Positions 11,312 through 25,493 of a stretch of DNA of 64,000 bases are shown in pieces. Below the pieces are notes generated by a model. That model was not told the origin of the DNA and did not search any database. It worked only from the letters and a program-made list of their open reading frames with translations. Position numbers and translations under genes: made by a program. How positions within the stretch are numbered: position 1 is the stretch's first letter; the number at the start of each line of letters is the position of its first letter. Source of the DNA: Chrysomallon squamiferum (Eukaryota; Animalia; Mollusca); assembly GCA_012295275.1 (NCBI GenBank), contig CM022667.1:19468001-19532000 (forward strand). The letters run 5' to 3'.

Positions 11312-12465
11312 GATCCCTCGAAATATATAAATAAATAAATAGATAGCTCAGTTTAAACATAAATGAATGTCTTCAGTGCCTTATTGTGTTTATCGGATGG
11401 GTGGATGGTGTTTAGTGTACGTTTGATGTGGTCTAGATTTTAAATTTAAAACTGACAATTCAGTGGTTCTGTATCTAGATCAGAATGATGTAACTTCTGG
11501 TTTGAAGTTTTTTTTATATTACATGATTTACGATACAGTTAATTTTATTTATGGAGAGAGTGAGAGTTTATTATTTAATAATTATCAGCACGTGTGTGTT
11601 TATATATACGCTTTGAGCAAAAATACTATACTGACTGAGTTCACGTGTTTTCTCGATCGTGTTTTTTTTAAATTTTATTTTATATTATCATTATTGTTAT
11701 TGTTGTTATTATTATTATTTTTTCTTTTTTTTTTTATTTACTTATTAATAATTTTGTTGTTGTTGTAAATACGATTTCTTTGTTGTATGACTGAATACAC
11801 TACCTAATAGATGTCTTCATTAAAATATAACTGCAATTTTAAAGTTTACGAAACAAACATTTAAACTTTCTCTGAACAATATTATTATTATCATCATCAT
11901 CATTATTCTCATTATCATTAATCATCATCAGGTGTATATAGAATTGCAATAGTTACCTATTTAATCGGTGCCGTGGACAAACTGTGTGTGTTTTATATCT
12001 ACTACCTTTCTTATCTCTTTAATTAGGAAGTTTTTTTTATTGGCTGACCCTAACTTTGAAAAAAAAAAAAAAAGTAAAAACAAATGTCTTTGAGAATGAG
12101 AGAGGCGAATTTTGAAGATTACAATCGGCAGTTTCCGTGACCATTTCGGGCTGTCTGTTATCGTGCAACCGATTCTTAGGTTGAGTGGCACGGAGAAGAT
12201 TAACGGTGCTGCCAGTCTAAATACACACTCGGCTTATCTCGCCATCGCTCGCTGGCGGTTCTAAAATAGACGTTTGTTGATCTACACGAGACAACGCAGA
12301 CCGCTGTTTGTACAGCTTTACAGATGACACGTGCAGCACGTGCAGTGGAACATACGGAAAATGTATTATTTAGCGATTAGTACTCTGTGTCGCTCTGACG
12401 TAGAGAATGTGAAACAATTAACGTCGGTCTGTCGAACGAAATATGAGGAAGCATTCCAGATTGAT

Positions 12466-12496
<31 letters not shown>

Positions 12497-12512
12497 TAAT
12501 AATAATAATAAC

Positions 12513-12553
<41 letters not shown>

Positions 12554-13324
12554 TTAAATTATGAAAAATGAGAATACAAAAGAAGAAAAACGTTGATCGT
12601 AAACAAATGTCTATTCATGCTGATGAGGGCAGGGCATTCAAAGTTATGCAGATTAAAAAACAAACCAGAAAAACAACATTAATATTATATATTTTTATCT
12701 TTAACACCTATTGCTTGGTGTATACGTGTAAATTTCAATAGGCGTGGTCTATTTTTTGTTTTGTTTTTCCACTTATTCATGCTGATAAACACAAAACTAG
12801 CGTGTATTTCAAACATCTGATAATGATGTGGCAATTCAGAAATGCCACTTATGACGTCAAAAAAGGTTGTAACAAATGAATTACATGGCAGTTGTATCTA
12901 TTATCTAACGATAACTTCAGTTTACTTTTGCTGTCTTTCTTATCTTTTTTTTCTCTTTCTTTCTTTCTTTATTTTTATTTCTTTATTTATTTTTATTTCT
13001 GTTTTTCTTTCTTTCGTTCTTTAACCTTCAGGTATTCGACTAAGTATTGGTTGCCAGAATAATTTTCTGCAGAATATAATTTTCAAAAACTATTATATTT
13101 TGACAACGTGTTACTCTGTAATTTATTGCTGTTAAATAATTCATAATTCGTGAAGTATTTGTTGGATCATAAATCTAGAGGGTTTAATTGTTTAGTATCG
13201 TTTCGCTGTATAAAATCAAAATAAAATGGACAGATGTACTAGATGCTGGTTTGGCATACACTATAGAGGAACCGCTGTGTTCTCTGTTATCGTCATTCTG
13301 TAATTATTTCTATTCAAAAATGAT

Positions 13325-13364
<40 letters not shown>

Positions 13365-13608
13365 AAAAAAAAAAATAATAATAACAATATAATGCAATGT
13401 GAATTGTTCTAATTTGTAACGGTATCTACGTAATGCTCCAGTAATCAGTGAAAATGAGTCGGTGTAAGTAACGATCCCTATCAAAGCATTTTTCCGCACA
13501 ATAACCGTAGATTACAAAAAAGTCCCAATTTGCGTTTCATAACAAATTTATTTTCTTCCTCAGATTAACACTTTGGCTTGCTAATAAAAAAAATATTTTG
13601 ATAAAAAT

Positions 13609-13701
<93 letters not shown>

Positions 13702-15012
13702 AACCATAACAGTTCAAACCCTTCTTTTAATCATTTATTGTTGTCTTCGTGTGTATTTAAGTCGAAACAAGAACGCACACATGTAGTGATCTGAGACGTT
13801 TGGTTATTAGAGTAATTACGGTAAATAATTTCCATTGACAAACTGGCTGGAGGCAGAGATTTAACATGAATCCTATCTGTTATACTGCTTATTAATTTAA
13901 ATCTCCTGACTACAGGACACGTTGCCTACGCCGTTATTATTGTATTCCTGATAGTTCTGGCAAAATGGTAATTTTTAAATCAGTGTTTCTGAGATAGGGT
14001 CGATCTAATCTGACAACAGTGTTTCTCTGTAAATTGTTCTGAAGGTCACAGAGTTTACCTGAAATAAACAACACAAAGAAACACACAACACTAACATCAA
14101 TACGTACGTACGTATATAATAAAAGCATAACAAGTCAATATGCAGACTGTTGCACATAGATACCTACCTCCTTCATATATTCACATATTCACACGCACAC
14201 ACACACACACACATACAAACATACAGAATTAAGACAAATATTTAAAATATTCAGTTCCACCCAAGTTCTTCGTTAAGCAGCCCGCGAGCGAAATGGATTA
14301 CATGTTTTTCATTTTAATGTCTTCCTTCCTGCGTGACCTCCGGTCATAAACTAATACATCAGTTATTTCTGAAATCTCACAGAGTCTTAATAATCACCGT
14401 TTTAAAAGTAATACACGTACGTCCAATCAAAAATAGTTTAATGTTATTTGACCACAGGCAAAGTTTCCCATCAGAGATCTTATTTCTACCATATTTTTCA
14501 AGATCATCCAAGTCTTTTACGGCCACTGCCACCTTCACAACAAAATATACTATTAAAACTACTACTGTTGCTACAACAACTACTACTACTACTACTAAGT
14601 TTTTATATTGATGATGTTACTACAGTTATTATTACAACAGTTCTTTATTATTGCTACTGCTGCTGTTCATGTTATTGTTGCTGTTGTTGTTATTTTTAAG
14701 GTACGTATATTCCTGCAATTAATGACGATGATGAAGATGAAGATAGTGATAACTATTTACCAAACAAAACTTAAAGAAAATGTTTGGAGGTTTTTTGGGG
14801 GGGTTTCCACTAAAATAATTTAATCCTCTGATAAACCATGTTTTAACTTGTTTTACTTTCTTAATCAGTGGAATTTTCCACTGTTGCCTCAGCACCAAGT
14901 TCTTTAATTTTTTTTATTTCTTCTTATTCTCAGAATAATGTGTTTGATGACTTCACTTCAGAAAATGCATTTCAAAAAGATAAAAGTTGTTTTGTTGGCT
15001 TTTCTTTGTCTT

Positions 15013-15057
<45 letters not shown>

Positions 15058-15309
15058 TTTGTTTAAATATGCAGGAAAATCAAGAGTAATGTCTTTGCCC
15101 TTGTTCTCCCTGACAAGTGAAAGTATTTATATAAAGGAATTATTTGAGTACAGATTCTGACTGATCATTTATATATAGAAATATGAAAGGATGGGATCGT
15201 GTGGTTAGAACGATTGCCAGCGAATGGTATTACCGTATCTCGTTCTGCACGCATCTATTTCTTCACAATCTGTCACTTTATTGCCACGAAAATGTTATTT
15301 TTAAGAGAT

Positions 15310-15344
<35 letters not shown>

Positions 15345-15572
15345 TTAGTTTATTTATTTATTTATTTATTCGTTTACAGTTATATTATTACTGTTGCTGT
15401 TATTATTGTTCTTGTTGTTCTTCTTATTAAACTCGTGTTATTGTTATATCACTTAAAATATATACTAATATCAGTTACATTATTAAAAAATAATTATAAA
15501 AAAAAGTAAGAAAGTAAATAAGTAGTAAATAAAATAAATAACAACAAAAATAACGGCAACAAAAATAATAGC

Positions 15573-15623
<51 letters not shown>

Positions 15624-16116
15624 CATATGAGACAATACCCAATGCATCAGCATTCAATTTGATAACTAAACTAATTTTCTATTAGTTCCCCGTCAATAAC
15701 AGCAGTTTGCAGACAGATGGCAGTCGGATTATGTGGTATGTAAATTGTGTGGCTAAAACTAAGTGAAAGAGACGAAAAAACGCGATACAGAGTATTAAAC
15801 CTGCAAAGTTGACGAGTTCCTTGAAAATAACTGTATTTTATACTTTTATCAAAACAAACAGCAATAAAAATAAAAATAATAATAAAAAAATAATAATAAA
15901 TGATATATTTCTTTTAATAATTTCTACACACAACTAATTACAGAAGTCTGTTTACAATAAACCATTTAAAAAATAGAATAAGATTTTTGTTTTTGTTGAT
16001 GTTTTTATTTATTTATTTATATTCATATTTATTTATTTATTGTAAGAAATAAGAAGAATAAAATTAAAATTAAGTAAATAGAAAAACAAGAAGAAAACGG
16101 GGAAAAGGAGAGACAG

Positions 16117-16214
<98 letters not shown>

Positions 16215-17516
16215 AAATAAAGATATTACGATGCATACTGATAGAACACAAACCAGTGTTAGCTATTCGTGTGCGTGTCAACTGTCGCCATCTTGACTAC
16301 GTATAAACCTGATGATCTTTAAACGTGTTATCGCTAGTTAAGTGATAACGACATCCGAAACAGAAGATGACAAAGGGAGTAATAACAATATTTATCGGCT
16401 GATGGGGCATATAATCGATTTATCACATTCAGTTAATGAAAGGAATTCCTAAGCAAATTATTCGTCTGAAGCCTGGGAGAGAACTGGATCTATTCCTGAG
16501 ACTGGAATCGAATTAAAATAGTGTTTTTGTTGGTTTTGGGGGGTTTTGTTTCTTTCTTTCTTGTATTTTTTGTTGTTTTTGTTTTGTGTTTTTTTGTTTG
16601 TTATTCTGTTATTTTATTTTTATTATTATTATTTTTATATATACGTTATTTTATATTTTTATGTACATTACAGTCAATTATTTTAATATATAATTTACAA
16701 ATAATATGGGTGTATATCACAGAGCACAATAGACTGGTATTATTGTTGCTCTTCTCCTTTTCGTCATGTTCTTTAAGAAACAAATGTATCTTAAATTGTA
16801 AACCCCCCCCAACCATCTTCCATTTTGTCTCTTGCTCAGAAACGCCAACGCTGACAGAAAGTTAACAGAATTAAATCTTGCTGTGAAAAACTACATCAAA
16901 CAAAACTTAAAAAAATAAAATAAAATAAAAAATTATACAAGCGAATCGATTATACAAGCCACTTTCAACCTGTCACTTCGTGTTTTCAGTTTGCACAAAG
17001 AAACCTTGAAGGTTTTATTAGGTTTTACCAAATTAACACTAATTAGAAATATTGAAAAACAAATAAATAAGGTCGTGTCATAAAATTAATATGTGCTGTA
17101 TCTGATATACAACCATATTTCAAACAGATTTATTTTTCTCTGTGAGCTATAATACATCAATATGTACGTGAAGCACGGTGATACACAGTATTTCTGTAAT
17201 TACCTTTTATGGTGGATAACAATTACATAGAAAAAATTTGTAACATTCTTAGCTAGCTTAATATTACATGTGAAATTAATCATAATCCAGCCATCCATCA
17301 TTTAATGTCAACGCCTATGTGCATGAATAACTTTATGTTAAATAGGTTAAAAAAAATCTGTTAGCCCAGGATAAAAATAGATATTCTGAAAACATTTTAA
17401 AAATTAATGAATTAATTCAGTTATGTGTTACTGTAAAATAAATTTCAAAAAATAATAAATGCATTAAATATAAATCACTAGATTAATAAACATTAGCACA
17501 TATCTATCTATCTATG

Positions 17517-17550
<34 letters not shown>

Positions 17551-17653
17551 TATACACACACACATATACACACACACACATATATACATATATACACACA
17601 CACACACGCATATATATATATATTCATACACACACACATACATACACACACAC

Positions 17654-17709
<56 letters not shown>

Positions 17710-17820
17710 ATATATAAACAAAAACAAAAACACACAAACAGCCTGTAAAGTTTATTCACAGCGGTCATTAAGCTCCACGGTTTGATAACAATATTACGAT
17801 TATTTTAAGTGCAGTTTTTA

Positions 17821-17859
17821 GCAGTCATCGAACGTACAGTCAGTTGACTGACTGCCATG
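17821..17859 (+). other. Candidate alternative first exon ending in GCCATG|GTAAGT
   Basis: Perfect donor at 17860 preceded by an ATG in GCC context. The nearest downstream plus-strand gene is the zinc-finger gene. The 5' boundary is approximate. Confidence 0.3.
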
Positions 17860-18201
17860 GTAAGTGGATAGCACGAAAAGGATAAAAGCAACGCATTATT
17901 TTATATATTAATTATCTTTTTTTTTTATATCTTACAGCAGGGATCTTTGAAAGGTAATTTACCATAGTGATAGTTTCCTGATTTATTCTATACATTTAAT
18001 AAACTGTTTACTATATCAACATGCACATGTTAGAGGACGGTTTGAAAACAAACATCAAACGTCAGATACTCTGGAGTGAAAATAAACATATGTTGTTGTT
18101 GTTGTTTTTTTTTTTTTTTTTTCTTTTCTTTTTTTTATATATGAAAGTGCAGGTTAAATTTCTTTTATCTTTACATACTCCAGGATCATGTTTAACATAA
18201 T

Positions 18202-18277
<76 letters not shown>

Positions 18278-18759
18278 CATCCATCCATTCATTCGTCTTC
18301 CTGTCTTATTCATAGTTTTATGTCAGCTATTATTTCAGATTATTCAATAACCGTAAATAATAATAATAATAATTAATAAATAAATAAATAAATAAATAAA
18401 TAAAAATAGAAGTACAAATAATTATTGAAAATTATAATGTTTTGTTATCTATTAGAAAATTAATAATGCTTATTTCTACAGTCTACTTATAAAACTGTTG
18501 TTGTTGTTGTTATTATTATTATTACTACTACTACTACAAAATGTTGATCTTAAGTGACGATTGGAAACCTTTGTACAAAATGTATATATGTTGAATTTCC
18601 CTCCTTTAATTACATGTTTGAAACAATTAAATAAAACAATTTAAATAACTAATAAAATAAATAAATATCCTTAAACGTATCTTTAGCACGTCAATTGCAA
18701 TCCGCATGTCACCTGAGTTTCGTTGTACGCATGCAGTCCGTGTTTTGGAACAACCCATT

Positions 18760-18848
18760 ACTTCCTTTTTGCTAGCTTATTTGCACAGATTATTATTTTC
18801 ATACAAATCGCAGTGTCTTAAACGAGGGTGTTTGAACATACATCTATG
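18760..18848 (+). other. Probable first (5'UTR) exon of the zinc-finger gene
   Basis: Pyrimidine-rich CTTCCTTTTT start and ATG|GTAAGT donor at 18849. A strong acceptor tttttttcttccag ends at 20356. Confidence 0.45.
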
Positions 18849-19039
18849 GTAAGTCGATGATGCTTTTTTTTGGCAATGAAAATATGCTTTCATAGTTATG
18901 TGAATCACAGTCAGTACTTGTAGCGAGAAGATTTTTTATTTTTTATTTTTTTTTTTTTTTTTAATTATCAGTTTCTTTCAGTTTATTTCCACTAAGAACT
19001 TCAGTGCACCACTGTTTGAGACACTATTATTATTTATTA

Positions 19040-19085
<46 letters not shown>

Positions 19086-19331
19086 TTATACATATATAAC
19101 TTATAATTATAATATATGAAAGATTTTGCTGAGATGTATATTGTTGGTATAAAATGTTTTACCAACTTTGTTTACAGATATATTTAATGTTTTTCTGTTT
19201 GTTTTTAAGAAATCTAGTTAATGTGATGACGGTAAAGACAAATTATTTTGTTCAGTATAAGATTTAAATTAACTCTAACCCCTACAGTTATGCATAATGT
19301 TTGAACTTCAGAATTCTAGTGTATATGTCTT

Positions 19332-19410
<79 letters not shown>

Positions 19411-20678
19411 AAGAGAGATCACTGAATATTGTGGTACATAATGGAATATAATAATATACAAAGTTAAAACATAATATTGAAATTAGTAATTTTCTTGTTT
19501 AATGATTTTTGTGATATTGTTAGTTTTCAGCTTCTGTCTTTGTACATTTATATCAAGGCTCAGTTTTATTTAATAATCTGTTACAACAATAATATAATTT
19601 GACATAAAAGTATACACTTTGGTAATTTGTAACATATTATTTTAAAACATTGAAGTTTATCAAATAAGAAACTGATTATTTTGTATTGTACTTAAAATGC
19701 AGGATATAAATACACAGAATATCATGAAGTTTGTTTATTGCTAAACCATTCTCTAAAGTTACTTGATTGATTGATTGTTTTATTTATTTATTTATTTATT
19801 TTGGATTTTGTGATTTTGTGGCATTGCTTTCAGCTGAAGGTTTTTTTTCATTTATTCATGAATTAATAATTGTTTGATAGATAGAGTATGTGAAGTATTA
19901 TCCAGTATTCAGAAATACTTTAAATGACTATATTGAAAAGACATGACAGTTAGAAGTAAACTGTGACAATAAATGATTTTGATTGCTTAGTAATGATTCT
20001 ACCAATGTTTTGATAGGCAAACTGATAACTATTTCCATCTGCTTTATTATCATTATTTTTAACTGTTATTTTTATTATTTAAATCTTTATTATTGAAGAA
20101 TTTGATGAAGACTGGATAACAAAATCATTTGTTGCTGTGTTACAAGAATAGTAATGAAGATGATATTCATCATTTTGATAATATTGTTTTTATCATGATC
20201 ATCATTATGACCATCATTGTTAATATTGACAATCCCACTATCAAATGTTCCATTTATTTATGAATATATACTGAAAGGTGTTTTTGTTTATGATTCCTTT
20301 TTCAGTTTACCTAAGGTTAATATTAAAAATAATATTTTAGTTTTTTTTTCTTCCAGAAGAGCGTTGTCTGTTGCAGATTAACATATGGGAAACAATCCAA
20401 ACATTTGTAAAACTTGAAATTATTTCAAAACTGAACACAATTCATTAATATGTTCACAACTTGTGTGCTCCAGTTTCACAGTATCAAGGATCAGATGATA
20501 TATTTTGACCAAATTCTCAGGAATATCTATCTTGAAGGAATTAATTTAAAAAATAAATAAATGGACAACTGTATACACCATTAGACTAGAAATATATTAA
20601 TCAGAAGAAACAATCAGTGAAGTATTTAAAAATAAATTAGTAATAATAATAAGAAGAAGATGAAAAATAATTTAAAAA

Positions 20679-21690
20679 ATGGAAATACTAAGCAATCTAG
20701 AACAAAATCAGTTTTACAAGTCAAACATGATAAACATTCAGAGCCATGATAAAAGTAAAAAGAATTATACAAGAGAGAAGTTTCATGACGAGAACAGACC
20801 AGGTACTCTAGGCATACATTGTATCCGGAAAGACAAATCACTGAGAACTACTGCACAATGTTCTGCTTCATCTGCTTCATCTAGTTCTCATTATTCATGT
20901 ACCATCTGCAGCAAACATTTCACTGACTGGTCTGAACTGAGCAGACACACAGACACACATGGACATCTCTCACGTGCTGGAGATCTTAGCCAGCTCAGTG
21001 ACAAAGAGGAGCAGAGCGACTTACAGAGTGAGACTAAATCTTTCCAGTGTGACATCTGCAAGAAATGTTTCACAGGACGTCACACCCTTTGTGTGCATAC
21101 GAAGATTCACTTGGGAATAATAGATTTTTCCTGTGATGTTTGTGGCAAACAGTTCACACAGAAGGGCACGCTGAGGGAGCACAAGAAGCTGCATCTTGGG
21201 ATTAAGCCGTTTGAATGCGACGTGTGTGGAAAGAAGTTCAGTCGGCAGTCGAACATGCACGTCCACAGAGCAGGTCACGCGGGAATGGCGATGGACCAGC
21301 AATTCAAATGCGACGTGTGCGGGAAAGGATTCTTCCGTCAGGGTAGTCTGAAGGTGCACAAACAGACGCACACAGATGCCAAATCTTACCCGTGTGACCA
21401 TTGTGATAAAACATTTTCGGTGCACTCGTACCTACAGAGACACAGAAAAACTCACGAGAACTGCGAGCGAGAACCTCAGTTCGTCTGCGAAACTTGCGGG
21501 AAAAGTTTTCCGTGTAAGAATTTTTTACACAGACACAGATTACACACTAAGTGTGCAGAAAGTTCTGAAGACGCACCTAGGTTCATGTGTGAGGCGTGCG
21601 GAGAAACGTTCGCTGTTCGCTCATTCCTTGTGCGCCACCTCAAACGACACGAGCCAGTGGACACGACGCAGAAACAAACAGAAGGGGTTT
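20679..21690 (+). CDS. C2H2 zinc-finger protein, segment 1 (fingers 1-8)
   Basis: Eight F/Y-x-C-x2-C-x3-F-x5-L-x2-H-x3-H type repeats in ORF 20679-21791. Finger homology leaves this frame at about 21684-21691. Confidence 0.9.
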
Positions 21691-22270
21691 CACATGCGAC
21701 GACTGCGGGAAGATGTATTCCCGTCGAGTGGATTTCAGGAAGCACGAACAGACGCACAAAACTGACGAGGAGACTGCATTCATGTGCGTGATTTGCGGGA
21801 AAGGTTTCTCTTGCATCGATCGTTTACGAAGACACAGGAGAAACAGTAAGTGCTCCGAATTCTCACAAAATTCGACAGATCACGTCTGCGAAACGTGCGG
21901 TAAAAGATTTGTGGTTTACGGGTCTTTGATACGTCACATGAAACTGCACGAGAAAGCTGGGATCTCCAAGGAGGGGTCCCTCTTTACGTGCGACACGTGT
22001 CGCAGGACGTTTTCTTGCAGTTACCATCTGTACCGACATGTGAAGCTGCACGAAGACGACGGCGCGGTGGTTTCCGACGTCCTGTCGTACGTGTGCGACA
22101 CGTGCGGCCAATCGTTCGGGCATTACAACGCACTTCTGTCGCACAGAAAAACACACGATAGCTCTCGCGGTGCAACGCCGTACACGTGCGACACGTGCGG
22201 TTCTAACTTCGCCCTCTACGACTACCTGAGAAAACACAAGAGAATTCACGAATACGTAGACAAGCCCTGA
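21689..22270 (+). CDS. C2H2 zinc-finger protein, segment 2 (fingers 9-14; -1 frame)
   Basis: Runs from FTCDDCGKMYSRRVDFRKHEQTH to YTCDTCGSNFALYDYLRKHKRIH and ends at CCC TGA (22265-22270). Confidence 0.85.
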   Translation, partial: FTCDDCGKMYSRRVDFRKHEQTHKTDEETAFMCVICGKGFSCIDRLRRHRRNSKCSEFSQNSTDHVCETCGKRFVVYGSLIRHMKLHEKAGISKEGSLFTCDTCRRTFSCSYHLYRHVKLHEDDGAVVSDVLSYVCDTCGQSFGHYNALLSHRKTHDSSRGATPYTCDTCGSNFALYDYLRKHKRIHEYVDKP

Positions 22271-22680
22271 GGAAGAGTCGCGCAGCAGACAGGAAGGTGA
22301 TGGTGAAGGTGAAGGTCAAGGACCGCCTCATACTCGTGGGAAGAAGTACACGTTGCGCGGGTTTCTACTCAATCATCAGAAGATTCACGAGCTCGTGGAC
22401 AACTCGGCTGAATCCGCCGCCGAGTACGGAAAACCCGAGACGAGTTCGTTTATGTGTGCAGTGTGAAACGATAACCTTCTCCACCGACTCAAGTCTACGA
22501 AAACACGCCAGCAGTCACGTGGGAGGAACGCCGTACGTCTGCACACGTTGTGGCAAATCATATATGCGGCAACAGAGTCTGCGGCGTCACAAAATTATCC
22601 ACCACTGAAAATATGAAAAAGATTAATGCAGAAGGTTTTGGCAAAAGTCACTTAATGAAACATCAGACGACATCCGTTAA
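22269..22680 (+). pseudogene. Frame-disrupted or decaying C-terminal zinc fingers (15-17 plus a fossil 18th)
   Basis: The +1 frame after 22268 reads EEESRSRQEG...HTRGKKYTLRGFLLNHQKIH...FMCAV* (TGA 22464-22466). Another +1 gives ETITFSTDSSLRKHASSH and YVCTRCGKSYMRQQSLRRHKIIHH* (22608). Remnant EGFGKSHLMKHQT follows. Confidence 0.65.
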
Positions 22681-24111
22681 ATTGATGTTTCTGTGTGTGT
22701 TCCTGAACATCCAATAGCAGTATTAATTTAATGTAATATTTACCAATCAAATATTTCTTTTTTTTTTTTTTTTACAAATTTTTGTTCATGTCATCAAACG
22801 AGTCATTATCCACCTGTTACAAAAATCTCTTATTACTAATCAAAAATAATCACGTACGTAATTGTATTAACTTTGTCGTAATAAACATTTCTAGATCGTT
22901 GGCTGGGTACTTCAGTGTTACAAACAGTTGGAGCTGTAGTCGTTACGTCGTTACGTGGTGCGCTTTATACGTGGTGCAGATATTTTTGGTGTAGTCAGAA
23001 AATAATAATAACACAAAAATAACATCGCCACAACACAAAAACATACCCACACACTCAAACTCATACTCGTATACTTAAAGAGTGGAATTTCAAACCTATT
23101 TTCTTGTTCTTTCTTTCTTTCTTTTTTTCTTTCGTATGAAACGCAAAAGATGAAGAAATTCAAGTCTGTATAAACAACATTCATTTTACGAACTGTATTG
23201 AAACTGCACTTTTTAGTGAAAGAGAAATATTCGCGAATAAGTTAAGAAAACATCTCCAAGTGATTAACCAGCGACATTGTTCTAAGATGCATCTAGAGAA
23301 CTAATCTATCTACAGTCTACTGGTGACGTAATAACAACAAAACACTGGCTGTGCTATTGTCTTGTTATATTTCATTTTTAAAGGACAGCTTCAAACAACA
23401 ACAACAATAATAATAATAACAATAAATAAATAAATACAAATTACAAGCAGGGAATGGTAATCTCAAAGCATGCAGAATATACAGACTTAGTTGTTTCTAT
23501 AAAGTATTGATAAGTAGCTGAGTAGTTTGAAACTTGTTTAATGATTGGGATGTTTCACGTTCTGGTCAGTACTTGCGACTTGTTTATCAAAGACCATGTT
23601 GAGAGGTTTCCGTTGAAATGGAATGTGCCTGTAAAAATTCAAGCCGTCAATGCGAAAAACGAGAAAAGACGAGATTTATAAATAAACAAAAGATTTTTTG
23701 GGCAAATTTATTTTTGTTTTAAAACCATATTGCTCACGTGCTTTTACCGCACGTTTACATACGTCATGTCGAAAACAGGATTATATCGACATCGCAGTTG
23801 TTTCTGTTCTACTAGCAGTTTGCTTTTACTTGAACCATTCACAGTGTACTTTTATATATATTGTAAAAACAGAAATAGTTTCAGATCGGAGCGTCCTGAA
23901 GTCAGTCAGTAAAACATACTTTTACCCAAGCTAAAGAAAACGGGTTATACAAAAATGGCATTTGCTTTTTACTTGCGATTAACAATGATGATGATGATGA
24001 TAATAATATAATAATAAATAAATAACCCCAACTCTGCACTGGACGTCCTTTTTCATATTACTGGGCAATAAAACTTAATTACGCCTAACAATCTTAGATA
24101 TTAAAATATGT

Positions 24112-24178
<67 letters not shown>

Positions 24179-25241
24179 TCACACACACACACTCACACTC
24201 ACACACACACACAACAAACACACACACGGTATCCCTCCATTGTATAAATGTATTCACCTTTCACGTTGATAACAATCCGATTGCGTGACTGGGGATTCAT
24301 TTACAGAGGCGAGAATTAGAAACGAAATTTAGTGACAGCGCACACGATCGTCCTAACATCTGTCTTAACGAATCTGTGTTTAATAACGACATTTATTTCA
24401 CGTAAACACGTACCTCATTTCAAAGACCGATTATTTAGCAACGTAAATAGCATCGTTTAATTCGTAACAACAGAGCGACTAAAATAGAAGGCGTCATTAA
24501 CTAAAAGAACAGTTACAGCACTCAAATCGATACAGCGGTTTCTTTCTGCCTGGAAGTTTAGTTAAAAATAAAGACGAAAATCCCGTGCAAAGTCACAATA
24601 TTGGACAGTTTCGCACATCGGTCTACACGAGGAAGAGAAAATATCCACATAAGTTGATAAATAACAATTTAAAACTTACCAATCGAATAATAATGTGCTA
24701 GAGCAAAAACCGTTTAATGCTTTTATCGTATCGGATACAACAAACGTCAGTCCATATTTTTGCCTTATCCACCTAATAATAAGTTTTTGTATAAAGACAG
24801 CGTTGTTGACTTGGCAATCAATTTTTAAGTTTCGGTATATGACGTCACTAAAGACAATGGCTATGACGTTTATACGATGACGTGTTAAGCTGATGCACAA
24901 ATGCTGGTAAAGGTAGGTTGGTTTGTCAAATTCTTTCCATGTATTTTTCATGAATTCATTTAGCAAGGAATGTTTTCGGAAAGAAAAGAGAGACATCGAA
25001 ATTAATGGATCTATTAATATTATAATTACTACTACTACTACAACAACTACTACAACTATTTTTGTTACTGCTGTCATTAATATTAATAGTAACGATTTCT
25101 ACAACAGGCACTACCATTGCTACTATAACAACAACTAGTGTTATCTCCACTATAATTTGATAATTACTACGACTGCTCCTATTGATGTTCCTGTCGCTCC
25201 TTCTACTACTGCTACTACTACTTCTAGTAGTAGTAGTAGTA

Positions 25242-25314
<73 letters not shown>

Positions 25315-25442
25315 TAACAATTACATCATCACCTGATAGGTTCTTCTTCCAGGTTTAATGTCTGAGATATTTTCAGGTCTATGTGAATAATTGTGTGCGA
25401 GAGAGAGAGAGAGAAAGAAAGAGGGGGGGACAGGGATGGGAT

Positions 25443-25493
<51 letters not shown>

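Noticed and set aside
12185-12215. GGAGAAGATTAAC resembling the U6 snRNA core
   Set aside because: The match is too short, the ACAGAGA box is not intact, and flanking U6 sequence is absent.
21685-21691. GGGTTTC as a canonical -1 slippery heptamer
   Set aside because: It is in the wrong phase relative to the upstream ORF.
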